64,000 nt of DNA. Origin: Rebecca billardiae RCC1528 (lineage: Eukaryota > Protista > Haptophyta). Each line of letters begins with the position of its first letter. The stretch's first letter is position 1. Below are positions 1 through 12,900 of this stretch, in pieces. The stretch lies in NCBI GenBank assembly GCA_965240325.2, contig OZ251252.1, positions 620,001-684,000 of the forward strand, in the 5' to 3' direction. A program made the position numbers and the translations under genes. A model generated the notes under the pieces. It did not search any database. It saw only the letters and a program-made list of their open reading frames with translations, and was not told where the DNA came from.

Positions 1-337
1 CGCCTGGTCTTTCCCAGGTGTTCCACCCTGCGTGCTCGTCTGCTCTGTGGCTTCGTAGAGACTCCGTCTTTTGTGGGCGGTGAGCCCTTCTTTGCTGCTG
101 TGGCTTTGTGAGGCTCTTTTTGTGTCTTTGTTGTTCACCCGGGCGACTGTACCCGGAGGTTGCGCGTCGCGGACCGTGCTCGTTTTTTTTTTTTTGTCGT
201 CGTCTTTCTTTGTCGGTCATCTTCTTCGTGCTCCCCTCTTTCGTTCGTCTTTTTGCCGACTCCTCGCTTTTCATTCCCCCCCGGAGCCGCGAGGCTCTCG
301 CGAGGTCGAAAGCGCTTCGCGTGAAAGGCCAAGAGTT
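1..337 (-). repeat. Inverted copy of an internal block of the copia LTR (matches 2373-2707)
   Basis: 1-337 is the near-identical reverse complement of 2373-2707, e.g. CGCCTGGTCTTTCCCAGGTGTTCCACCC vs GGGTGGAACACCTGGGAAAGACCAGGCG. It runs off the window edge. Confidence 0.9.
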
Positions 338-378
338 GCCCGCGTCGGTCGGTCGCTGGATTCGAACAGGTGACTTTA

Positions 379-486
379 CGGTTGTGTCGAAGGGAATGAA
401 GAGCCCGAAACGACTGAGCTAAATCGGTTGGCGCGAACCAATTTAGCTCAGTCGTTTCGGGCTCTTCAACTCCTCGGACATAACCG
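379..486. repeat. Palindromic LTR-end hairpin, copy 1 (direct repeat of 2791-2892)
   Basis: TGAAGAGCCCGAAACGACTGAGCTAAAT...ATTTAGCTCAGTCGTTTCGGGCTCTTCA stem with a short loop. It ends CCTCGGACA at 480 and abuts the truncated RT frame. Confidence 0.9.
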
Positions 487-1874
487 GGAATTACGATGAA
501 GTCTTCTCTCCTACCATCAGGTACGAGGAAGTCAGGCTACTGCTCGCGATCGCCACCTATTACAGGAGCCCTCAGCGTCCTTGGTTGGCACACGGAGCAG
601 ATGCAGCCACAGCATTCCTCAGTGCTGACGCTGAGAGTACAAACATGTACATCAGCTTGCCGCCGCTGTATCATCACAATCTGTCACCAGGTGAAAATGA
701 GATTGCAGCTGGCAGAGCAATTAAGAATTTGAACGGCTTCAAACAAGGGAGTCGTATGTGGTACTTGCACAACCACAAAATTCTGCTCAAGATTCGTTTC
801 GAGCGCCTGGCACAATCTTGGTGCATTTACATCAGGCGTGAGAAAGACGTAACCGATATCATCGGTGTTTACGTCGACGATATTATCGTCATGAGCAACT
901 CGGCAGACAAGAATCGCCCCAAGGGGATCATCGCCGAGCTAGGCAAATTTTACGAAGTCAAGGACCTCGGTCCGCTGGACAGCTTTGTCGGATTGAGTAT
1001 CCGACAGGAGCGCGATTGTACGCTCATTCACATGAGCAAGTACATCAGCGAGTTGCTTGAGAAGCACTCCGTGTCCAATTTGAGCGGATCCGAGACTCCG
1101 ATGCGAGTGAGCAACAGCCAGCCTGAGCCTGAGGGCGAGGCGCTGAGCGACCGAGATGCATCGAAATTTCGTGCTCTCGTCGGCGCGCTGCTGTTTGTCA
1201 TGAACGCGTGTCGTCCTGACATCAGCTACGCGGTGAACATGCTCGCACGGAAGATGGCAAAGCCTGACTCCACCGATATGGTGGCAGCCAAACGCGTGTT
1301 GCGGTATCTCGCTGGTACTCGCACCGTGGGACTGAAATATATCAGCAAGGCAGCGGCTTTACAGCGCGATCCTGCGCAGCCGAGATACATTCACAACGAA
1401 ATGTTTGTGGACTCGGATTGGGCCAATGATGCCGAACGGCGACGCTCCACCGGAGGATACGTTTATTTCTTCGCCGGTGCTCCAGTCACCTGGCGCTCGT
1501 TCAAGCAGTCTATCGCTGCTTTATCCTCGTGTGAAGCTGAGTACATCACTCTTTCTGAGGGAGCCAAGGAGGCAGTATATCTCAGAGATGTACTTACCGA
1601 TCTACTTGGTCAGACATGCCCAAATCACGTGGTCATCCACGAAGATAATAAGGGGGCGAAAGATCTGTCCAAGAATGCCGTTCACCATCGCCGCTCCAAG
1701 CACATAGACGTGCGCCATCATTTTATCCGCGATTGCGTGGAATTGGGCGCAGTCGTCGTGGAGAAAGTCCACACTGCTGAGAATATTGCTGATATATTCA
1801 CCAAGGCGTTACCAAAGGCGGACTTCTTGAAGTTCCTACATCGGATGCTTCATGCTTTTGTCCTGGACAAATAA
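486..1874 (+). mobile_element. Ty1/copia pol fragment: reverse transcriptase + RNase H, 5'-truncated
   Basis: Frame open from 486 (GNYDEVFSPTIRYEEVRLLLAIA). Motifs: LNGFKQGSRMW, GVYVDDII, RPDISYAV, FVDSDWA, RRSTGGY, SSCEAEY, IHEDN, RSKHIDVRHHFIRD, NIADIFTKAL. No gag, protease or integrase upstream. Confidence 0.95.
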
Positions 1875-1905
1875 GTCACAGGGTAAGCTTCCGATTGTGG
1901 GGGGG

Positions 1906-2892
1906 TGTCCGAGGTTATCCGAGTTGTTCGGGGTTTTCCACGCTGAGAGCCACTGGGAAAAGAGACCCACACTGGGATTTCCGGATAAACAAACCCTCCT
2001 TGAGTTCCAATCTACAGCCTGAACAGTTGACCAGCATCCTAGAGATGTCTCGTCAATTTCTGCACGACTAGTGATGTCCGTCCGCTGCTTCCAGTTTTCC
2101 TATCCAAGATGCACGCGTACTATCAAAGTTAATTTGTCAACGACTAAGTGCTGAACCGATTTCATCAACTTTGTTATTTACAGTTGCAATCCCCGGACTT
2201 GAGATCAAAAGTCGCTGAGCGTGCTGTGTTGTGTCTGGAAGCTCGTCTCATCGTTTCGTGTCCGTCTGTCGGCCATTGCCCAGTGCAGACACACCGTCAG
2301 GGACTCGCGTTCCGCATCGCCTCAGGAGCTCACGCACCACACGCATCCAAAGCGCTTACACGCAGGCATAAGAACTCTTGGCCCTTCACGCGAAGCGCTT
2401 TCGACCTTCACCTCGCGAGAGCCTCGCGGCTCCGGGGGGGAATGAAAAGCGAGGGAGTCGGCAAAAAGACGAACGAAAGAGGGGAGCACGAAGAAGATGA
2501 CCGACAAAGAAAGACGACAGAAAAACGAGCACGGTACGCGACGCGCAACCTCCGGGTACAGTCGCCCGGGTCAACAACAAAGACACAAAAAGAGCCTCAC
2601 AAAGCCACAGCAGCAAAGAAGGGCTCACCGCCCACAAAAGACGGAGTCTCTACGAAGCCACAGAGCAGACGAGCACGCAGGGTGGAACACCTGGGAAAGA
2701 CCAGGCGGGGAGAGAAAAACCTCGACAACAAATCCGTCAGAACACTGGACGGGACTACAGCCCCTCGCGGGGTGTCCCACAGGAGACTTACGGTTATGTC
2801 CGAGGGAATGAAGAGCCCGAAACGACTGAGCGAAATCGGTTGGCGCGAACCAATTTAGCTCAGTCGTTTCGGGCTCTTCAACTCCTCGGACA
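1906..2892 (+). mobile_element. Probable 3' LTR of the copia element (~990 bp)
   Basis: Follows a G7 polypurine tract (1899-1905) just after the pol stop. Bounded by TG...CA with terminal inverted repeat TGTCCGAGG...CCTCGGACA. The last 96 bp (2797-2892) form a hairpin. Confidence 0.75.
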
Positions 2893-2924
2893 CATTATAT
2901 TGAATATGATGGGATTTTTGTTCC

Positions 2925-3372
2925 TCAGCTTGGAAGACGCAGCTCGAGAGCCGCCAAGCCGCACGAGAGCGAGGCACGAGGCACCATCGTGCAGAGGCGG
3001 GCGCCCTGAAAGATGCAGGCCCAGAACAGCTGCAGCCATCAGGACAGTGGGCACTTCCGAAACAAAGGGCGTCGTCCGCTGCGTGAGCGAGAGAGACACA
3101 GAGCCGCGTCGGTCGGCTCGGCGCCAGACGAAAGAATCCAGGTCACCAATTGGCTGTCCAGTGCCACAATGTCAACCCGCTCAAGCCCAAGGCTCAGGAG
3201 CAGCACAGCGAGTAGTAAGTAGTTCTGGGCCGTCAGTGTGCGTCGTGTGCGAGCGCACGACAGGGCAGCGGGCTCGAAAGTCCCTCGTGGTACGAGAAGA
3301 CGAGGGTGGCCACTGACGGCAGCCGGACTTGCGCTCGGCCGCCTGCCTCAGGCCGAATGGCAGGCGGGTGTT
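2925..3372 (-). pseudogene. Decayed DIRS-like retroelement RT/RNase H fragment
   Basis: Minus-strand remnants NTRLPFGLR (cf. the DIRS RT LPFGL motif) and EVPTVLMAAAVLGLHLSGRP..HDGASCLALVRLGGSR (cf. DIRS RNase H EL.AV..A...L.G...DN....GGSR). Frames are broken. Confidence 0.4.
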
Positions 3373-3411
3373 GATATACGGCGCATTGCGCTCCCACCGT
3401 CCTCTTAGAGG

Positions 3412-3702
<291 letters not shown>

Positions 3703-3907
3703 ATAACCCCAGCAGCACATTAATCGATCGCACGCACTTATATCAGCAGCGCATCATATCGCGATCATCGTCAGCGCGGCGCGAATAATACATATATAAA
3801 ACCAGCGCAGCGCGCGCGCTGATGTGATGACGACATCGCCCTGACAGCATCACGATTCGAGGCATCCTCGACCTCCGTGATCCCGATCGCCGCGTGGCCG
3901 CAGCATA

Positions 3908-6900
3908 TCAGATTGGCGTGCAAGATGTGCAGGTGCCGGTGGCGGCGTTGCAGAAGCCGAGCTGCTTCGTGGCCGTGATGCACGCGTATCGCACCTCGGC
4001 AATAAGGTCGGTCGAGTCCGTGTCGAAGTTGACCGAGTCGCTGAAGGTGGACTCGCCCGACACGGCGAGCGTCGACGACACCGTCGCCGAGCCAGCCACC
4101 TGCAGCTGGTTGGTGTTGGCGAGCCACGTGACGGCCGAGCCCGGCGCGACGCCGTACATCGTGACGGTGGACGCGGACGTCGTGGAGCCGATGGTCACGG
4201 TGCCCTGCAGCACGCTGAACGCGCCGGTGACCTCGGTGGCGCCGGCCACGTCAAGCGTGCCGGTGATGGCGGTATCGCCGGTGACGGTGAGCGGCGCGCC
4301 CACCGACATTGCGGTGCCGCTCACGGTGACATCGCCCGTGACCGTCACGGCGCCCGTCACGCCGACGGCGCCGGTGAATGCTGACGGCCCGCGCACGGTG
4401 AGCGTGTTGCCCTGGTACCGCAAGAAGCTGCCCGCCGTCGTGCCGTGCACCTGCAGCGTGTGGCCCGCGCCCGACGTGCCGATCGTGACGTCGCCGTCGA
4501 CGGCGGTCGCGCCGACCACGCCCAGCCCGCCGTTCGCCGAGAGCAGCCCCGAGACCGACGCGTCGCCGGTGAGCGTCGTCTCGCCCGTGACGGCGAGCGT
4601 GCCCCGCGTGTCCAGCGTGTTGCTGCTGGCAATCCAGCGCGCGTAGCTGCCCGCCGTCGCGCCGTAGAGCGTCGTCTGGTAGCCGACGCCTGCGGACGTG
4701 CCGACGTTGAGCCGCGCGTCGAGCTGCAGCGCCGAGGAGAAGGTCGAGGCACCCGAGACGAACAGCGTGCCGCCGACGCTCACGTCGTCGCTCAGCGTGG
4801 CCGCGCCGCTCACGTCGAGGCTGCCCGTGACGCTCGCCGCGCCCGAGGCGAACGAGAGCGACGTCGAGTTCACGCCGTTCACGGTGAAGGAGCGCGGCAC
4901 CGACTCGGTACCGACCGAGAGCTCGCCCGCCACGGTCGTCGCGCCGCCGAGCGTCGAGCCGCCGCTCACGGTGAGCCCGCCGCTCACCGTCGCGCCCGCG
5001 TTGAGCGAGACAGCGCCGTTCGCCGCGAGCGTGTCGCTCACGGACGCGCTCCCGGTCACCACCAGCCTGTCGGCGTCCGTGTCCCAGCGCATGAAGGAGC
5101 CCGAGCTGTCGCCGTGGAAGGTGACGTCGCGGCCGCTGCCGTCTGCGCCGACGGTGACTGTGGAGGTGATGGCGACGGTGCCGCCGCCCACGACCAGGTT
5201 GCCGCTCAGGTCGACGCTGCCCGTGATGTCCGTCGCGCCCGTCACCGAGAGCGTGCTCGTGATGCTCGTCGCTGCGCCCGTCACGCTGAGCGTGTCCCCC
5301 GTCGCGTCCCACTCCACCTGGTTGCCGATCGAGTTGCCGAAGACGGTCAGTGAGTGCCCGCCGCCCGCGGCGCCGACGAGAACCTCCCCGTTCACCTGCA
5401 GGCCGCCGGTGAGCTCGAGGTCGTTGATTGTGGCCGTGCCGTCTGCGCGAGGGGCCGGTCACGCGCCGCGCGCGCGGGAGAGCTCGGTGAGAGGCGGTGG
5501 CGCGGCCGGCGTCGGGCTGGCTGGCGGGCGCGCGGGCGCGGCGCACGCCGAGCGCCGCCGCGCTCGCTCACGGCGCACGTCTGGCGCGCGGGCGGGCCCA
5601 CGCACCGACTTGCAAGTCGTTCTCAAAAGTGGCCTTCGCCTCGAACACGGACTGGCCAGTCACAGAGAAGTCGGCTGCGGGCGCGCGGGCGGGCGGGCGG
5701 GGGCGCGGGCGCGGGCGCGCGGAGAGAGGCGCGGCGGGGGCAGCGGCGGGGTCGGGTGAGGCCACGGCCGCGCGCGGCGCGGCGGCGCGCGGCACAGGTG
5801 CGGCACAGCGCACGCACGCGCGCCGAGCGCCGCAATGCGGCGGGCGGCGGTGCCGCGCGCCTCGGCTCCCGCCGCGCGGTGCGCATCGATCCGCGCATGG
5901 CCCTGCCGCGCGCGCGGCGCGGTGGCAGGCAGGGCACACGCACGCCGCGCCGCACCGAAGATGAACGTCTCCTGCTGCATCTTGGAAACCGCGTTGATGC
6001 GCAGCTCGTCGAGATCCGAGCGCCTGCGCGCGCGGGCGCGGCACGCCACCGGGTCAGGCCGAGTCAGCGCCGCGCTCGAGTGGCATGCATGGCGCAGATG
6101 CGCACGCCGGCGCGCCGCCCCGCCTCGCAGGCGACGGCACTCGCCGCGCGGCGCGCGACAGGCACACGGCACGGCACGGGAGCGCGCGCGCGCGCGGCCG
6201 CGGCTGCTCACCACTCGACGTTGATGTCGGAGGCGGAGCCGAAGAGCTTGAACTGCTGCGGGTTGCCCACGCCGCCGACGTTCAGCCTGCGGGCAGAGAG
6301 AGCAGGGCGGGCGGGCCACGCGCGCGCGCGCGCTCCCAGCTCGTGTCAGCAGGGCAGGCAGCGGCGTGTCCGAGACAAGAACGCGCGCGGCCGCGGCCGC
6401 GGTGCCGTGCTCCGCGGTGCGGGGCGGTGGCGGTTCGCGGCGGCGCGGTGCGGCGCGGCGCGGCGCGGTGCGCAGAGCGCGCACTCTCCCTCGATGAGCA
6501 CGTCGCTGTTGAAGAGCGCCTCGCCGTCCACGTCGATCCCGTTCTCCATCGTGACCGTGTCGGCGAACGCCGCCGAGCCGCCGACGGAGAGCAAGTCGAC
6601 CAATCGGAGCTGGCCGCTCACGTCGAGATCGCCCGAGATCGAAGACGAGTTGCCGGCGTTGATGGAGTCCGCGACGTTGAGGCGGCCGTCGACGGTGACG
6701 GTCTCCACGGCCATCGTGAGCGCCGCGCCCGTGATCGACACCGAGCCCGTGATCGTCGTCGGGCCCGAGAGTGCAATCCCGTCCTCGGCCACAATCGTCG
6801 TGTCGCGCGTGCGCAGGTTGAGCGTGTTGGCATCCTCATCCCAATGCAGATAGGAGCCAGGGATGCCGCCGTAGAAAAAGACGTCGTGGCCAAAGTCGGG

Positions 6901-9900
6901 CACGCCGACGGTGAACGTGCCGAGCACAGACGCCGAGCCGCCGATGGACGCGTCGCCGCCCACCTCGAGCGCGCCGCCCACCGTCGCCGCGCCCGACACC
7001 TCAAAGTTGGCCGACACGTCCACCGAGCCGGTCACCACCAGTCCGCTCGTCGTGCCGAACTCGAGCCTCGTGCCGTTGTCGCCGTGGACGTGGATCTCGG
7101 AGGGCGCGAGGTCAGTGCCCACCTCGAGGGCGGACGCGAGCGCGGTCGTGCCCGCCACGGCGAGCCCCGCGTCGAGGCTCGCGTCGCCGCTCAGCGAGAG
7201 CGTGCCATCCAGCGTCGTCGCGCCGGTGAGCGTGGTCGGCCCGGTGACGCCGAGCGCGCCCTGCAGCAGCAGCGCGTCGGCGCTCTGGTCCCAGAGCAGG
7301 CTCGAGCCGGAGGTGCGGCCGAAGAACTGCACGTCGTGGCCCACGTCGTCCACGCCCACCGTCAGCGTGCCCGTCAGCTGCGTCGCGCCCGTGATCGTCG
7401 TCGCGCCCGTCACCGTCGTCGCGCCCGTCACGCTGAGCGGCGCGCTCACCGTCATGGCCGGGCTCGTGATCGCGACGCTCGCCGCGGTGACGGCGAGCCT
7501 GTTGGTCGAGGCGGTCCACGCGAGCGCGCTGCCCGACGTGGCGCCGTTGACGCGCAGGTTCGAGCCCGCGCCGTCCGAGCCCACCGTCAGCGCGCCGCTC
7601 ACGCCGAGCGTCGACTGCAGCGTGGCCGCGCCGCTGACGGTGAGCGCGCCGCCAACGTTGACCGCCGCGGCGGCGCTCACAGCCCCGCTCACGGCCAGCG
7701 CGCCCGTCACGTCGAGCGCGCCGGTGAGGTCGAGCGCGCCGGTGATGTCGACCGCCGCGGCGACGTCGAGCGTGTTCGCCGACGCCAGCCACGACATGTG
7801 CGAGCCCGCCGCCGCGCCGTACAGCCGGAGCGCGTACCCGGCCGCCTCGGCGCCGAGATCGAGCGCGCCGTCAAGCTGCATGGCGCCGGTGGCGTGCGTC
7901 GGGCCGTCAATCGTGACGGCACCGTCGAGGGCGATCGCGTCGGCGGCGAGCGTGAAGTTGGCGGCGCTGAGCTCGGTGCGCGTCGAGCTGAGCGAGATGT
8001 CCGTCGAGCTCACGCTCACCGACGCCGACGTCGCCGAGATGTCGCCGGTGAGCACCGACGGCCCGCGCACGGTGAGCGTGTTGCCCTGGTACCGCAAGAA
8101 GCTGCCTGCCGTCGTGCCGTGCACCTGCAGCGTGTGGCCCGCGCCCGACGTGCCGATCGTGAGGTCGCCGTCGACGTCGGTCGCGCCGAGCACGTCGAGC
8201 CCGCCGTTCGCCGAGAGCAGCCCCGAGACCGACGCCGCGCCGGTCAGCGTCGTCGCGCCGGTGAGCTGCGTGCGCCCCTGCACGATGAGAGAGCTCGCAG
8301 AAGCGTCCCATTGTGCAAAGCTGCCGGCGGTGTTGCCGTGAACGAGCAGGTCGTGGTTGGTGGCGTCGCCCGAGCGGCCGACGGTGACGGCGGCGTCGAG
8401 GAGCACGGCGGCGTTGAACGTCGACGCGCCGTTCGCCGTGAGCGCGCCCGCGATCGTCGCGCTCGAGTCGAACGTGGCCGCGGCGCCGACGCGCGCGCTG
8501 CCGCGCACGCGGAGCAAGTCGGAGGACCACTCGACGCGCGAGCCGCTGCTCGCGCCGTAGAGGGTGACGACGTGGCCGGCGCCGTTCGCGCCGACAGTGA
8601 GGTCGTCGCCGAGGTCGAGCGTGCCGCTGAGCGTCGTGTCGCCGCCGACGTCCAGCGTCGAGCTCACCGCGAGCGTGCCCTGCGCGCTGGTCGCGCCGGT
8701 GAGCGTGGTCGGCCCGGTGACGCCGAGCGCGCCCTGCAGCAGCAGCGCGTCGGCGCTCTGGTCCCAGAGCAGGCTCGAGCCGGAGGTGCGGCCGAAGAAC
8801 TGCACGTCGTGGCCCACGTCGTCCACGCCCACCGTCAGCGTGCCCGTCAGCTGCGTCGCGCCCGTGATCGTCGTCGCGCCCGTCACCGTCGTCGCGCCCG
8901 TCACGCTGAGCGGCGCGCTCACCGTCATCGCCGGGCTCGTGATCGCGACGCTCGCCGCGTCGACGGCGAGCGCGTCGGTCGAGGCGGTCCACGCGAGCGC
9001 GCTGCCCGACGTGGCGCCGTTGACGCGCAGGTTCGAGCCCGCGCCGTCCGAGCCGACCGTCAGCGCGCCGGCCACGCCGAGCGTCGAATCGAGCGTGGCC
9101 GCGCCGCCGACCGCGAGCGCGCCGCCGGCATCGACGCTGCCCGCGGCTGTGAGCGTGCCGGCCACGTCCAGCGTCGAGCCGACATCGAGCGCGCCGCCAA
9201 CAGTCGCGCCGGCGGAGACGTCGAGGAGGCCGTTCACGTCGAGCGTGTTCGAGCCCGAGAGCCACGCGAGGTGCGAGCTCGGCGCGGCGCCGTGCACCGT
9301 CAGCGAGCGCCCCACCGAGTCCGCGCCGACGACGACGTTGCCGTTCACCGAGAGCGCGCCCACGAGCGTGCTTGCACCTGTGACGGCGAACGCGCCGCTG
9401 ACGCCGACGCCGCCGCTCGCGCTGATGGCCTGCACGTCGAGGTCGCCGCCGATCGAGAGGTCGCCCGTCACGCCGACGGCGCCGGTGAAGTCCGACGGCC
9501 CGCGCACGGTGAGCGTGTTCCCCTGGTACCGCAAGAAGCTGCCTGCCGTCGTGCCGTGCACCTGCAGCGTGTGGCCCGCGCCGGACGTGCCGATCGTGAG
9601 GTCGCCGTCGACGGCGGTCGCGCCGAGCACGCCCAGCCCGCCGTTCGCCGAGAGCAGCCCCGAGACCGACGCGTCGGCGCTGACGGTGAGCGCGCCCGTG
9701 AGCGCGGTGTTGCCCGTCACCTTGAGCGTCGACTGCGACGCGTCCCACAGCACGAACGAGCCGGTGCCGCTTCCGTGAAATGTCACGTCCTGGCCGGGGC
9801 CGGAGGCCGTGCCAACCGTGACCGGCGCACGGAACGCGACGGGCGCGCCAAAGGCGACCTCGCCGCCGATGTCGAGGGCGCCCTCGAACGCGACGCCCGC

Positions 9901-12900
9901 GTCGAAGGTGGCGTTCGACTCGACGTGCATCGTGCCGCCCACCGTCAGCTCGTCCGCCTGCCACGTCAGCGCGCGCCCCGAGCTCTCGCCGTGCAGGGCG
10001 ACCGTGTGCCCGGCGCCCGAGGAGCCGACGGTGACGTCGGCTGCAATCAGCGTGGGCGCAAAGACGCGGAGGTCGCCGGCGGTGTCGACGGCGAGCGCGG
10101 TGGCGCCGTCGGCGTCGAGCAGCTCGACCGCGCCGTTGCCCGCGCGCCCGGCGCCCGGCTGCAGCCGCACGCTGCCGCCCAGCACCTCGTCCACGTCCGA
10201 GGGCGCGTCCGCCGCCTCCGAGCCTCCCAGCAGATGCACGCTGCCGGCGACCACCTCCCCCGCGGCCGCGCCCGTGTCCGTCGACGCGGCGGCCTCCTGC
10301 CCCTCGAGCACGAGGGTGGCCGCGGCGGTGGCGAGCGTGGGCCCGACGCTCGACGTCGGCGGGAGGGTCACCTTCGCGCCCGCGCTCACGCTGCCGAACT
10401 CGAGCGTCCCGCTCGCGGGCGCGAGGAGCAGCCCGCCCGCCTCGGTGCGCACGCCCGCGCCCGTCGCCGCGGCGCCCGAGCCGCCGCCGCCGCTCAGCCA
10501 AAGGCCGTCGGCGGTGGTGGCTAGGACGCGGCTGGCGCTGAGCTCGAGCTCGGCCTCGTCCGGCGCGGACACGAGCGTCGCGCTCACGCCGCCGTCCAAG
10601 CCGAGCGCCACGCCGCCCGCCGCCATCGTGAGCGGCTGCGAGAGCTCGAGGCCACCGCGCGAGAAGGCGGCGACGACCGCGTCCGCGCCGGCGCCGCCAG
10701 AGGGTGGCGCGGCGATCGTCACGATCTGGTCGCTCTCGGAGGCGGCGGCGCCGCCCGCGCCGGCGCGCAGCGTGATGGCGCCGCCGACGCCGCCCGTGCC
10801 GAGCGCGTCGCCGCCGCTCACGACCACCCCGCCGCCCGCCTGGTTCGAGCCGCCCGAGAGCGCCTGGCCTGCGAGCGTGAGCGCCGCCGCGGCGCTCGCC
10901 GCGCTGTCGGCGCGCGCCGGCCGGCCGAGAGTGAAGGCCGAAGCGTCGGCGCCGTCGCCGAGCTCGACGGTCGCGCCGGCGGAGACGAGGCGGATGGCGG
11001 GCTCGGCGGTGGCGACGCGGCCCGAGTTGACGAGCTCGACACCCGCGCCGTCCGAGGCGAGCGTGATCGCGCCGCCCGTCGCCGAAGCGGCCGCGGCCGA
11101 GGCGGCGGCGGCTGTCGCGCCCAGCACGCCAGCCACGGCTGCCGAGCGTGCGACGACCGTCTCGGCCGAGAGCTCGGTGGCGACGGTGGCGCTGTCGGCG
11201 GCGAGCGCGCCGTGCACGTCGGCGTCGGCGCCGACCGAGAGCGACGCGTGCACGTGCACGTCCGCGGGCGTGCCGCTCGGCGCGCCCTCCGCCATGCTGA
11301 GCGCGTCGGCACCGTTTGGTCCAAGCAGCCGACCGGAGCGAAGCAGGAGCGTGCCGCCGAGCGTCGCGTTGGCCGTCGCGCGCAGGTTGCCGGTGACGAG
11401 CACCTCGTTCGCGGCGGGGTCGGCGCAGAGGAGCGTGTCCGCCTCGCTCGCCTCGGCGAGCCGGCGCCGCCCGCTCGCCGAGGCGGAGAGCACGGTCAGC
11501 GCGCTGCTGACGTCGAGCACGCTCACCGTCGTGCCAGCCGACACGTCCAGCGACTCGACCGCGGCGCTTGAGCCCGCGCCGCCTTCGATCGAGGTGACGC
11601 CGACGAGCGTCGTGTCGCGCAGCGTGGCGGAGGAGATCTCGACGCCGTCGGCGACGGCGAGGTTCGCCGCGAGCGACGAGGCGGAGAGCGAGCCGCTCAG
11701 GCTCACCGAGCCGTCGGCGAAGCTCACACCCTCGACAGTCACGCTGCCGGCCGCCGCGGAGATGGCCAGATCGCCCGCGCTCGAGCGGCTGATCGTTACG
11801 GCCGCGCCGCCGTCGGCCGAGTCGAGCGCGAGCGAGGAGGTGGCGACGAGCTCGGTGACGGCGGCGGCGGCGCGGCTGGTCTGGCCGATCGGCGCGCCGT
11901 CCAGCGTGCCGCCCACCAGCGCGCCGCCGCGCACTTCGTTGCCGTTCGTCTCGAGCGCGCCGGCGAGGCCGCCGCTCACGCTGAGCGTCTCAGCCTCCAG
12001 TGTCGTGAAGGCGGCGGCGGCGGCGGTGGCGGCGCCAATCTGCATGCCGTCGATGGAGCCGCCGCTGAGCGTCGCGCCGTCGAGCGTCGCGCCGCTCGCG
12101 TCGAACGCGCCGCTCAGCGCGCCCGCCGCGAGCGTGGTGAACGAGCCTGCCGCGCGCGTGCCCGCGCCGATCGCGCACCCGTCGAGCGAGCCGCCGACGA
12201 GAGTCGCGCCGCTGAGCGTCGCGTTCGTGGCGTCGAACGCGCCCGTGAGCGCGTCTGCGGCGAGCGAGCGGAGGCCCTCGATGTTGCCGTCGCGCAGCGC
12301 GAAGCCCGAGCCGTCGTTGAGGTCGAGGGAGGAGAGGCCCGAGAGCGTGGTGCCCTCGATGAGTAGGCCTTCGATCAGCACGCCGGTCCCGGCTTCCGAG
12401 CGGATCGTGAAGGGCGGCGCCGACGGCGGCGGCGCGTTGAAGCTGCCGGACGGCACGTGCACGGGGTCGTACACGATGGCGCCCGCAAAGCCGGTGATCG
12501 CGAGGGTGGGCGCGGTCATCGCGCCCTCCGCGTCGATGGTCGCGCCGTTCAGGTCGATGTGCGACCCCGCCGCGGTCGTGTGGATTCCCAGGTCGCCTTG
12601 CGCCGCCACAATCTCCCCGTCTCCCTCCTCCCCTGTGAGCACGAGCTTGCGGCCGAGCTGGATCTCGTCGAGCCCGCTGAGCACCGTGCCGGCGAACGAG
12701 GCGAGGCCGACGTCGACGCGGTCGTCGAGGCCGTTGAGGGTGAGCGTGGCGTTCTGCGCGACGTACCGCTCGCCGCCGCGCAGCTCCAAGTCGCCGTTCA
12801 CGATGAAGTCCTCGCTAATCGCAAGCGTGCCGTGCACCTGCAGGGCGGGCACTGTCTCCTCCGCGCCGCTCTGCAGCCGGCGGCGGCGCGCGGCCGGCGG

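Noticed and set aside
350-378. tRNA-like B-box GTTCGAATCC on the minus strand
   Set aside because: No cloverleaf or A-box could be built. At most a short tRNA-derived scrap.
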